This document shows, piece after piece, positions 1 through 7,895 of a stretch of DNA of 45,395 nucleotides. The translations under genes were made by a program, and so were the position numbers. Under the pieces are notes generated by a model. It worked only from the letters and a program-made list of their open reading frames with translations, had not been told where the DNA came from and did no database searches. Each line of letters begins with the position of its first letter. Positions within the stretch are counted from its first letter, which is position 1. The DNA is from an uncultured Dehalococcoidales bacterium (GTDB taxonomy: Bacteria; Chloroflexota; Dehalococcoidia; Dehalococcoidales; UBA2162), in the NCBI GenBank assembly GCA_964354005.1, contig CAYGYD010000001.1, forward strand, positions 1-45,395. Direction: 5' to 3'.

Positions 1-2
1 TT

Positions 3-1202
3 TTCTACGGGTGGTGGGTACTCGTCGCCTGTGCCGTGATTCAATTCTATCTTGGTGGCACCTTTTTTCAGGGTTTCACCGCGCTTTTCAACCCTCTAGC
101 TGATGAATTCGGCTGGTCATACGCTACAGTCTCCCTGGCTTTCGCCTTCCGCGGCTTCGAGTCGGGCGTCCTGGCTCCAATCACTGGCATCCTGGTGGAC
201 AGATTTGGCGCAAGAAAGCTGCTTTTGGCTGGCACCATCGTAATGGGGGTTGGGTTCTTGCTCTTTAGCCAGGTCCATGCGCTCTGGAGCTTCTATATTG
301 TATTTCTGGTCCTTGCCCTTGGGCTTACCCTTTCCTCCGGCGTGGTCACCATGGCCGCAGTAGCTGGCTGGTTCCGGAAGCGAACAGGTCTGGCTATGGG
401 TATTCTCACCAGCGGTTTCGGGGCAAGCGGGCTTCTGGTGCCCGTGCTAGTCTGGCTCACTGACCAGTGGGGGTGGCGATGGACAGTAACCATTGCCGGC
501 ATAGGCGCATGGCTCCTCTGCGTTCCACTCTCGCTGTTGGTAAAGTCACCCCCTAGCGACAACGGCTTGATACAGAAGAAAATAGCCGCTCCGCCGGTGA
601 GCCCGACCACCAAGGTAGGGGGTGCCAAGGAAATCCTGAAGAGAAAGGAGTTCTGGTTCCTGTCACTGGCGATATTATTTGGCGGGGTGGCGGGCTCAGC
701 CGTCATAGTGCATCAGATACCGTACCTGGTCAGCATTGGCACCTCTCGTGAGACCGCTGGCCTCATGGTGGTGGTTTTCTCTTTATCGAATGTCGCTGGG
801 CGACTGGTCTTTGGTTGGCTGGGTGACTTACTTGACCGGCGGTACTGCTTCGTGATTGCCACATTAATTAAGGCGGCCGGTGTTCTGGGGTTTGCCTTGT
901 CAGGAACCATCTGGCAATTTATTCCTTCTTTAATAGCCCTGGGCATCGGCTTCGGAGGTTTGATTCCGCTCAGGCCAACTTTGCAGATTCAGCTCTTCGG
1001 TATGACCGCTTTTGCTACCGTGCAGGGGCTTTTGATGGTATTCATCACCTTGGGGACCATCATTGCTCCCCCCTTCGCTGGCTGGGTTTTCGACACTGCC
1101 GGCACTTACCGGCCGGCCTTCATCGCGCTGGCTGTAGCCACAGTGCTGGCGGTACCAATGATTCTGGCTGCCTCCGGGCGGACTCCGCGCCGGCTGGAAT
1201 AG
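3..1202 (+). CDS. MFS transporter (oxalate/formate-antiporter-like), 5' end runs off the window
   Basis: The frame is open from nt 3 (FYGWWVLVACAV...), so the GTG at 36 is probably internal. Multiple hydrophobic helices and the MFS-type loop GILVDRFGARK after the second helix. Stop at 1200-1202. Confidence 0.85.
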   Translation, partial: FYGWWVLVACAVIQFYLGGTFFQGFTALFNPLADEFGWSYATVSLAFAFRGFESGVLAPITGILVDRFGARKLLLAGTIVMGVGFLLFSQVHALWSFYIVFLVLALGLTLSSGVVTMAAVAGWFRKRTGLAMGILTSGFGASGLLVPVLVWLTDQWGWRWTVTIAGIGAWLLCVPLSLLVKSPPSDNGLIQKKIAAPPVSPTTKVGGAKEILKRKEFWFLSLAILFGGVAGSAVIVHQIPYLVSIGTSRETAGLMVVVFSLSNVAGRLVFGWLGDLLDRRYCFVIATLIKAAGVLGFALSGTIWQFIPSLIALGIGFGGLIPLRPTLQIQLFGMTAFATVQGLLMVFITLGTIIAPPFAGWVFDTAGTYRPAFIALAVATVLAVPMILAASGRTPRRLE

Positions 1203-1402
1203 TCGGCGGCAAAGCGGAGGTGGGACTCCCCGCGGGACACGGACCGCAGCTTGTCGTTATGGAGGTTGGAAACAGTCAATGACCTTCGTCAACTAAAATA
1301 TGGCTAGGACTGAAGTATGAGCTACGCCGGTACTAACGGCGCATTTACGGTGCACGACGCATGCGTTATGGTATACCCAGGCATTCCAGAAGGATAACGA
1401 TT

Positions 1403-1621
1403 ATGCCTGTGACAATAAATAGTCAGACCTATTACAGAACGACTGAAGTCTGCCGAATGGTCGGTATAAGTAGAAACACTCTCTTTCGTTGGCTTAAGGA
1501 AGGGAGCCTTACGGGGATTGAACATAGGGACTACCGAGGATGGAGACTCTTCACTCAGGCTCAAGTAGATGCCATGAAGGAAAAAACCAGCCGCGTTGTT
1601 AATATTTACCTCAGGGAATAG
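1403..1621 (+). CDS. Stand-alone MerR/excisionase-type helix-turn-helix DNA-binding protein (~72 aa)
   Basis: YYRTTEVCRMVGISRNTLFRWLKEGSL..RDYRGWRLFTQAQVDAM matches the MerR N-terminal HTH pattern with no effector domain. The internal ATG at 1403 has an AAGGA Shine-Dalgarno about 9 nt upstream; the track start at 1361 is less likely. Confidence 0.7.
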   Translation: MPVTINSQTYYRTTEVCRMVGISRNTLFRWLKEGSLTGIEHRDYRGWRLFTQAQVDAMKEKTSRVVNIYLRE

Positions 1622-1675
1622 TGGAGGAGTCGAATCTGGCTCGAACTTCCCAGGAGGCATAGAAGGTGCGCTAAT

Positions 1676-2746
1676 ATGGATATAGACGAACTTCTCAAGC
1701 GAATGGTTGATAAGGGGGCTTCCGACTTGCATCTCAAGGTGCCCAGTCCGCCGGTGTTCCGTATTGATGGCCTGCTCATACCACAGGAAGACTGGCCTAC
1801 GCTAACATCTAAAGACATTGAGCTGGTATTTGAGCATATTTCTACTCAGCAGCAACGGAGCATCTTTGGTAAGGAATTGGAACTCGATTTTGCCTATTCG
1901 ATTCCCGGGTTAGCCCGGTTTCGGGTCAACATATTGCAGCAAAGAGGCACTATGAGCCTGGCCTTCCGACGGGTGCCTTTTGAAGTGCCAACGATTGATG
2001 AACTGGGCCTGCCCCAGGTCTGCAAAGAGCTTATCCTCAAGCCCAGAGGGCTCATTCTGGTTACCGGTGCCGCCGGCAGTGGCAAGTCAACAACTCTGGC
2101 GGCGATGATTAATCATCTCAACGAGACAATGAAGCGGAATGTCATCACCATTGAAGACCCGATTGAGTTTCTTTTTCGGGATAAGAAGTGCATCATCCGT
2201 CAGCGGGATATCGGTGACGATACCAAATCCTTTGCCGTGGCCTTGGTACACGCCCTGCGCCACGACCCGGATGTCCTGGTCATCGGGGAGATGCGCGACT
2301 TGTCCACTATATCCACGGCGATGCGGGCGGCGGAGACGGGTCACCTGGTGCTGGGTACCCTGCACACATTTGATGCCGCTCAATCAATTGACCGCATCAT
2401 TGATGTCTTCCCACCCAGTCAGCAGCGCCAAATCAGGCTGCAATTATCACAGGTAATCGAGGCGGTGTTCTCCCAAGCCCTTTTGTCGCGCATTGGTGGC
2501 GGACGAATTGCTGTCTTCGAGATTATGCTGGCCAGTAGTCTTATTCGGAGGCTTGTCCGTGAAGAGAAGATCCACGAGATACCAGCGAATCTGGAGATGG
2601 GCCGACTAGAGGGGATGCAGACCCTGGACCAGGCATTAGCTGACTTGGTCAAGCATAACATAGTCACCATGGAAGAAGCCATGATGAAAAGCAGCAATCC
2701 AGCACGGCTGACCCACTGGCTCCAGTACTCAAAGCAAGCTGTCTGA
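1676..2746 (+). CDS. pilT: Type IV pilus retraction (twitching motility) ATPase PilT
   Basis: N-terminal GASDLHLKVPSPPVFRIDG, Walker A GAAGSGKSTT, Walker B/Asp box DPDVLVIGEMRD, His box TGHLVLGTLHT. Length 356 aa is typical of PilT/PilU. Confidence 0.92.
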   Translation: MDIDELLKRMVDKGASDLHLKVPSPPVFRIDGLLIPQEDWPTLTSKDIELVFEHISTQQQRSIFGKELELDFAYSIPGLARFRVNILQQRGTMSLAFRRVPFEVPTIDELGLPQVCKELILKPRGLILVTGAAGSGKSTTLAAMINHLNETMKRNVITIEDPIEFLFRDKKCIIRQRDIGDDTKSFAVALVHALRHDPDVLVIGEMRDLSTISTAMRAAETGHLVLGTLHTFDAAQSIDRIIDVFPPSQQRQIRLQLSQVIEAVFSQALLSRIGGGRIAVFEIMLASSLIRRLVREEKIHEIPANLEMGRLEGMQTLDQALADLVKHNIVTMEEAMMKSSNPARLTHWLQYSKQAV

Positions 2747-2790
2747 GGAATTCTGCCGGAGACTACTTGGCTGGGAAGGAGAGATTAGTC

Positions 2791-2922
2791 ATGATAATCC
2801 AGACAAAAATCTCTGAACCTGGCCGGGCTGAATACCACGCCTTTTCTGCTCTGGTACGCTCTACGGTGTATCAATTAGGCGGTCTATCGGCCCCAGAAAG
2901 GCAAGCCTGGTACAAAAAATAG
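2791..2922 (+). CDS. Hypothetical small protein (43 aa)
   Basis: ATG preceded by GGAAGGAGAG with ~7 nt spacing. Translation is MIIQTKISEPGRAEYHAFSALVRSTVYQLGGLSAPERQAWYKK. The stop codon lies inside the stem of the 2918-2948 hairpin. No family recognised and too short for the ORF track. Confidence 0.3.
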   Translation: MIIQTKISEPGRAEYHAFSALVRSTVYQLGGLSAPERQAWYKK

Positions 2923-2948
2923 GGTCGAGGTGAATCCTCAACCCTATT
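2918..2948 (-). terminator. Hairpin with a U-tract only on the minus strand (putative minus-strand intrinsic terminator)
   Basis: AGGGTCGAGG / TGAAT / CCTCAACCCT, 10 bp with one mismatch, extendable by 3 A:T pairs. On the minus strand the stem is followed by TTTTTTG. On the plus strand it is followed by TTACGCC, so there is no U-tract. Confidence 0.45.
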
Positions 2949-3133
2949 ACGCCGGTAAAATACTAAAACTCAAAAGTGACAGCTACTCTGTTTTTCTTCC
3001 CGCCACCTCGCTATGGCTACCTTGTCTCTCTTACGGCTACGCTTAGGCTTTGTTTCGGCTTGGGCTTCAGCTTCCGTTTGCCTGAGAGGTACGGCAAGCT
3101 CATCGAAAGGCTATACCGGGAATAGGAGAAAGG

Positions 3134-3163
3134 TTGACTTTGGTCGGAGCAGAGGTGTAGAAT
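3134..3163 (+). promoter_or_regulatory. Sigma-70-like promoter upstream of dctQM
   Basis: TTGACT (3134-3139), 18-nt spacer, TAGAAT (3158-3163). This predicts a ~155-nt leader before the dctQ ATG at 3328. Confidence 0.5.
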
Positions 3164-3327
3164 CCCCTGAAGTGCCGAAAACGAGCCGAAAAAGGGTGGT
3201 AATCTTCAAGGGATAATGGTTAAGGTGTCGGGGACAATCGTGGTCGATGGTTAGCCCCCGACAAAGAGGGTTTTTTGGGCAGTGTGTGCTATCCGGTTGC
3301 GTACTTTAAGCTGGGAGCAAAGGATAT

Positions 3328-3825
3328 ATGAGAGCGCTGGGGTATGTTCTTAAAGGCATAGACAAGCTTAGCGAGTGGACATGTAAGGTCAGTTCTCTAA
3401 GCCTGATACTGCTTATAGGCGTGGTAATCTACAATGTATTGCTGAGAAGGGTATTTCACAGCTCGGTAAGCTGGCCTTTTCAGGTAAGCTGGATGCTGTG
3501 GGCGTTTATCTCGGTGATGGCGCTGGCCTGGGCCCAGGTCAAGGGAGAACATATAAGTATGGATATTATTACCCAACGCTTTCATCCCAGAGTGAGAGCT
3601 GCCCTGGATTTAATCCTTTATGCTCTCCTGTGCTTCTTCTTTCTTACCTTCACCTTTCTGGTGTGGTACGAGAAGCATCTTACCTGGCGGTTTAGACTGA
3701 TGCTCCCCCCGCCAATGTCCTTCATCCAGGTAGCAATAACAGCGGGGATTGGTCTCCTGCTTCTCCAGTGTCTAGCCAAGTTCATCCGTGACCTGGTATT
3801 TGCTATCACGGGGAAGCAGGTGTAG
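3328..3825 (+). CDS. dctQ: TRAP transporter small permease subunit (DctQ family)
   Basis: 165 aa with four hydrophobic helices. It lies 2 nt upstream of a DctM-type large permease. AAGGA Shine-Dalgarno before the ATG. Confidence 0.85.
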   Translation: MRALGYVLKGIDKLSEWTCKVSSLSLILLIGVVIYNVLLRRVFHSSVSWPFQVSWMLWAFISVMALAWAQVKGEHISMDIITQRFHPRVRAALDLILYALLCFFFLTFTFLVWYEKHLTWRFRLMLPPPMSFIQVAITAGIGLLLLQCLAKFIRDLVFAITGKQV

Positions 3826-3827
3826 CC

Positions 3828-5150
3828 ATGGACATTAACCCGCTGTGGCTCTTCCTGCCCCTGGTTCTGTGTGTCTTCCTGGGTCATCCTCTGGCCTATG
3901 TCCTGGGTGCCGTAGGCCTGTTTTTTGGTCTTTTCTTCTGGGGTGGCTATGATTTCTCACCGATAGTATACTATCGCTTTGAGGAGATGGCACAATCATT
4001 CATCTGGGTCTGCGTCCCTTTATTTATCTTCATGGGCTACATGCTGGAAAGGTCGGGTGTTGCCGATAGACTCTACGAGGCGGCGCATGTGAGCCTGGGT
4101 GGGATAAAAGGGGGACTGGCCATAGCCACCATAATTATCAGTGCCGTGTTGGCCACTACCATCGGGGTAATCGGTGCTTCCGTTACCACCGTGGGCGTCG
4201 TTTCCCTGAAACCCATGCTCCGGCGGGGCTACGATAGGCGACTGGTGGCCGGCACAATCCTTGCCGGTGGTGGGCTGGGCGTCATTATCCCGCCCAGTAT
4301 ATTGCTGGTACTTTACTCTGAATTTACGGGGACATCGTTAGGTCGGATGTTCATGGCTGCCTTTATCTGCGGTTTAGTCCTGGCCGCTTTATATTCCATA
4401 TACATCCTCGTCAGGTGCCGTTTGAATCCCGAGCTGGGCCCTCCGGTTCCAGCGGAAGAAAGGGCCGTATCTGTGGGAAAGAAGCTACTCCTAGCATCTT
4501 CCTCTATGCTGCCAGTCGTCATTCTCATCCTTGCCGTGCTGGGAACGATATTCGCCGGCGTAGCCACGCCGACTGAGTCGGCTGCCTTCGGTGCCCTGGG
4601 CAGTATGCTCATCGCCGCGGCCAACCGCCGGCTTACCTGGTCAGTCTTCTTCCAGGCCTGCTACAACACCGCTAGAGCCAGCAGTGTAGTCTTCCTCATC
4701 GCCGCGGCCGCCCTTATCTTTAATACTGCCTTCGTCGTTGTCGGCGCCTCAGATGTGCTTCGGGGAGCACTTCTGGGGCTGGGAATCGGTTCCTGGGGGC
4801 TACTGATTCTGATGATGTTCGTTATCTTCGCCCTGGGGTGTTTCCTGGACTGGATTCCCATACTGCTCATCGTTGTTCCTATTATCGTCTCATTCGCCAC
4901 CAAGGCGGGCTTTGACCCCGTATGGCTGGGCACGCTTATCTGCATTAATTTACAGCTAGGCTACATGACACCGCCCTTTGCCCCTTCGCTTTTCTACCTG
5001 AAAGCAATCGCTCCGCCTGAGGTAACTATGTCAGATATAGTACGGTCTACCGTGCCTTTCATTATCCTTATGTTCGTGGGCATGGCGATAATTATGCTCT
5101 TCCCGCAGCTTGCCCTGTGGCTGCCCAACCTGGTCTTTGGCCATTACTAA
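3828..5150 (+). CDS. dctM: TRAP transporter large permease subunit (DctM family)
   Basis: 440-aa polytopic membrane protein with typical DctM length and helix pattern. Tightly coupled to dctQ. Confidence 0.9.
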   Translation: MDINPLWLFLPLVLCVFLGHPLAYVLGAVGLFFGLFFWGGYDFSPIVYYRFEEMAQSFIWVCVPLFIFMGYMLERSGVADRLYEAAHVSLGGIKGGLAIATIIISAVLATTIGVIGASVTTVGVVSLKPMLRRGYDRRLVAGTILAGGGLGVIIPPSILLVLYSEFTGTSLGRMFMAAFICGLVLAALYSIYILVRCRLNPELGPPVPAEERAVSVGKKLLLASSSMLPVVILILAVLGTIFAGVATPTESAAFGALGSMLIAAANRRLTWSVFFQACYNTARASSVVFLIAAAALIFNTAFVVVGASDVLRGALLGLGIGSWGLLILMMFVIFALGCFLDWIPILLIVVPIIVSFATKAGFDPVWLGTLICINLQLGYMTPPFAPSLFYLKAIAPPEVTMSDIVRSTVPFIILMFVGMAIIMLFPQLALWLPNLVFGHY

Positions 5151-5350
5151 CTCTGGTAACTCTATCCTTGCTGGCCATAGCCGGGAATGGAAAGGGCCGG
5201 TTTGCCGCTGTTATATGCTTTGGCTGTGGTGTGTGGGCAGGACGTGACGTCACACATCGCTCCTGTGAAAGAGTAATGCCGGCCTCGTTATTTCACCTGA
5301 CATTGTCACCAGGCAAGCTATCAGGCTCAGGACTAATGTCTACAGCACCG

Positions 5351-6229
5351 TCATGCGACGATGAAGAACACCACCAGAAATCCGATGAGTGAGGCAAAGC
5401 AGATCGGCGGTAAGGCGGGCATAGGCTTGCCCTTGAGGAAAAACCGCTGAATAGCGTAAGCGCTGACGAGGCCGAGCAGTGCGGAAGCGGCTACAACCAA
5501 AGACTCAGCGAGACGGTAATTGAGGAAGACCGAGGCGACTAGCAGCAGCGGAAAGCCGATGTCGCCACCCCCCAGAATGGAGAACTCCCGTTCGCCCCAC
5601 CGTGCCTGCAGCAGCCGCTTAAAACTGCCGCCCTTCAGCCCCAAATTCCAGTAAGATTGGTGTTTCGGAATGACGAAAGCGGGGAGCGCATCGGACTCGG
5701 ATAGCTTGCCAGCCAGCCACAGCATGTAACCGAAGCGGACGGACAAAATATCGTAGACGGAGAGCACCGCCAGCAGGATAAGCACCGTCCAGGGTGAGAG
5801 CAAGCGGCCAAACACGGCCCCCACGCTCACCACGGCGAAAAGCATCACCAGATTATGCAACCAGACTCGGGGCCATAAGAACCAGACCAGGCTAACCGCC
5901 ACCGCGATAATTGCCGCCAGAATTATGTGTAGAGACAGCGCCATGGCAATGAACATGCCCCAAGCGTACAGTCCCGCGAAGAGGATTTTCATTACCCACC
6001 TCAGTTTGGAGACGGGAATCAGGAAGAGGACGATACCGAGCATAAGCACTACTCCCAGGAAATAGGCCAGCGGCACCCCTGCCGATACCTGTGGCGGCGT
6101 AAACTGGGGGTTGGCCTCAAGAAACACCTTCTCCCGGGAAGCTATGTATAAGGTGGCCGCCGCGCCTAGGACGAAAATCAGGCTGCTCCAGAAAACCGGA
6201 TGCAGGCCTGTCCTCTTCCTTGTTGCCAT
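5351..6229 (-). CDS. Presenilin / signal-peptide-peptidase-like GxGD intramembrane aspartyl protease (peptidase A22-like)
   Basis: Polytopic 292-aa protein. It carries, in the right order and in hydrophobic segments, LSVYDILSV (YD, nt 5750-5755), ILGGGDIGFPLLL (GxGD, nt 5561-5572) and KPMPALPPI (PAL, nt 5411-5419). Confidence 0.75.
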   Translation of the reverse strand: MATRKRTGLHPVFWSSLIFVLGAAATLYIASREKVFLEANPQFTPPQVSAGVPLAYFLGVVLMLGIVLFLIPVSKLRWVMKILFAGLYAWGMFIAMALSLHIILAAIIAVAVSLVWFLWPRVWLHNLVMLFAVVSVGAVFGRLLSPWTVLILLAVLSVYDILSVRFGYMLWLAGKLSESDALPAFVIPKHQSYWNLGLKGGSFKRLLQARWGEREFSILGGGDIGFPLLLVASVFLNYRLAESLVVAASALLGLVSAYAIQRFFLKGKPMPALPPICFASLIGFLVVFFIVA

Positions 6230-6379
6230 GCTATTACCTTAGCAAATTCACGGCATTCGGCGCAAATAACCTGGTCTGGCGGTTACGCAACAGTCAGGTC
6301 TGACCATAACCACAAAGACTTCGGTTTTAACTAGGATTAGGGCGGGTTTATTCAGAAGCTAAACAAGACAAAATGAACT

Positions 6380-6586
6380 TTGGCGGATTATATCACCGTC
6401 ACTGTTGCCTCGGGCTGGAGTGAAAGCGATACCGCTAGCCGCGCCTGGAATGGTCTGGCCAGTTTTGGCCGGATGCTGGCGGACATCTTTATCTGGCTGG
6501 GCATTTTAAGTCCTATCTGGATTATAAACTGGCCTGTCTTGGTGCTATTGAAGCAAGGATATGAACCAGTTCAGATAGATTGGTGA
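6380..6586 (+). CDS. Hypothetical small membrane protein (68 aa, TTG start)
   Basis: One clear hydrophobic helix (IFIWLGILSPIWIINWPVLVLL). Followed ~55 nt downstream by the terminator-like hairpin at 6640-6672. Weak start context. Confidence 0.25.
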   Translation: MADYITVTVASGWSESDTASRAWNGLASFGRMLADIFIWLGILSPIWIINWPVLVLLKQGYEPVQIDW

Positions 6587-6639
6587 CACATCCTAGTATC
6601 ATGTTTGGTCGGGTTTAGCTGGTAATAACCCCATCCCCT

Positions 6640-6672
6640 GCCCCCTTCCCCACGGAAGGGGGCGTTTATTTT
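6640..6672 (+). terminator. Intrinsic-terminator-like hairpin
   Basis: GCCCCCTTCC / ccac / GGAAGGGGGC, a perfect 10-bp stem, followed by GTTTATTTT. Confidence 0.55.
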
Positions 6673-6860
6673 GGAAGGGGGTGTAAGCCCCCTTCAACCC
6701 CATTTCAAAGATTGGTCATACCTGTGGCGGCGTTTGATAGGGGCGAAGCCCCTTAGCATCCCGCGCCTCAGAGTGTTAAGCTGAAATTATCGGCGGCGTC
6801 TAAGAGGGGCTAACGCCCCTCTTTTCAATCTCTTTCCCCCTCTCCTGAAAGGAGAGGGGG
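6640..6860. repeat. Cluster of five GC-rich (G4-5/C4-5) stem-loops, REP-like
   Basis: Hairpins lie at 6640-6663, 6674-6695, 6739-6753, 6802-6823 and 6836-6860. A repeated unit GGCGGCGT-N5-AGGGGC-loop-GCCCCT occurs at 6726-6753 and 6792-6820. Confidence 0.7.
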
Positions 6861-7002
6861 CAGGGGGTGAGGTGATTTGGAATAGGCGGTGTCACTAATC
6901 GTATGAGCCAGTACAGGATATTGATAGAAAAGTGGCGGAAGGAGTACAATGAAGCAGGAATCAGAATAAGTATAGGAAGAAAAAAGAGAAAGGAGCCGAC
7001 CC

Positions 7003-7800
7003 ATGACACTACCTGATTTTTCACTAAATGGGAAGGTGGCGCTCGTAACAGGGGCAAGACGTGGAATTGGGAAAGGGATCGCCCTGACCTTTGCCAGAGC
7101 AGGGGCAGACCTGGTGATATGCAGCCGCACACTTCCTGAGTTGGAAGAGGTGGCCGAAGAGATCAGGGCGCTGGGCCGGCGTGCGCTGGCAGTCAAAACC
7201 GATGTCTCCGTTAAAAGCGAGGTACAGGACCTTGTGGCGAAAAGCGTTCGGGAATTCGGCACGATTGACGTACTGGTCAACAACGCCGTGGCTTATGCCA
7301 ACGGACGGCCTACTCTGGTTGAACTGCCGGAAGAGGAATGGGACAGAACAATCAATGTCGGACTTAAGGGTTATTATCTGTGCTGTCAGGCTGTATCCAG
7401 CGTAATGATAGAGAAACGGAAAGGTAGTATCATCAATATGGGCTCTACTGCCGGCGTCAGGCCGACGGGAAATCAGGGCGCCTACAGTGTGATCAAGGCC
7501 GGTTGTATGAAGATGACAGAGTTGCTCGCAGCAGAGCTTGGGCGATATAACATTCGTGTCAATTCCCTGGCCCCGACGAATGTGAAAACACCGGCATTTA
7601 TGAAGTTTTATAGTCGGCGTGAGGACATCCTCAAGGAGTTCCTCGCTCAGGTGCCTTTGGGCCGAGTTACCGAGCTTGGGGAGCTGACAGCGGCGGCTCT
7701 GTTTCTTGCCTCCGATGCATCAAGCTCTATCAGCGGCCACACGCTGGTTGTTGATGGGGGCCGGATTAACACATTTCCAAGACGAAGTGTCGGCACATAG
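7003..7800 (+). CDS. Short-chain dehydrogenase/reductase (FabG-like SDR)
   Basis: TGARRGIGKG cofactor motif, NNAV, catalytic S...YSVIKAG (YxxxK). AAAGGAG Shine-Dalgarno upstream. Confidence 0.9.
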   Translation: MTLPDFSLNGKVALVTGARRGIGKGIALTFARAGADLVICSRTLPELEEVAEEIRALGRRALAVKTDVSVKSEVQDLVAKSVREFGTIDVLVNNAVAYANGRPTLVELPEEEWDRTINVGLKGYYLCCQAVSSVMIEKRKGSIINMGSTAGVRPTGNQGAYSVIKAGCMKMTELLAAELGRYNIRVNSLAPTNVKTPAFMKFYSRREDILKEFLAQVPLGRVTELGELTAAALFLASDASSSISGHTLVVDGGRINTFPRRSVGT

Positions 7801-7895
7801 CGGAATCCGATGAGCGGAACTCCCTCACGCCGTCCAATAACGCTGGAACGTCGGGTGTTGCGTCAGACAGTTAAAGAAGGCTCGCGAGGAGGAAT

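Noticed and set aside
293-946. Track ORFs antisense to the MFS gene (293-706, 713-946). Similar antisense or out-of-frame ORFs lie inside other large genes, e.g. 2087-2697, 4313-4945, 11055-15470, 22127-22730, 23368-24457, 37322-38443 and 43584-44000.
   Set aside because: They lie wholly within well-supported genes on the other strand or frame. Their composition is Arg/Ser/Pro-rich and low in complexity, with no Shine-Dalgarno context and no recognisable motifs. They are typical shadow ORFs.
2998-3022. On the minus strand, GGTAGCCATAGCGAGGTGGCGGG resembles the 5' end of 5S rRNA.
   Set aside because: No CCGAAC/loop C-E continuation follows it, and the length and context are wrong.
3013-3216. 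67-aa track ORF overlapping the dctQM promoter and leader.
   Set aside because: No Shine-Dalgarno sequence and an Arg/Ser/Gly-rich composition. It overlaps the promoter-like element, so non-coding leader or regulatory DNA is the better explanation.
5244-5253. Perfect 10-bp palindrome GTGACGTCAC in the convergent dctM/protease spacer.
   Set aside because: It is an isolated short palindrome between two gene ends with no promoter nearby, so it is unlikely to be regulatory. It may contribute weakly to termination.
5351-6229. The idea that the presenilin homolog marks the whole window as archaeal.
   Set aside because: pilT, an OmpR/PhoB-type regulator, PglC-type priming transferase, Wzx/Wzy genes, sigma-70-like promoters and intrinsic terminators all point to a bacterium.
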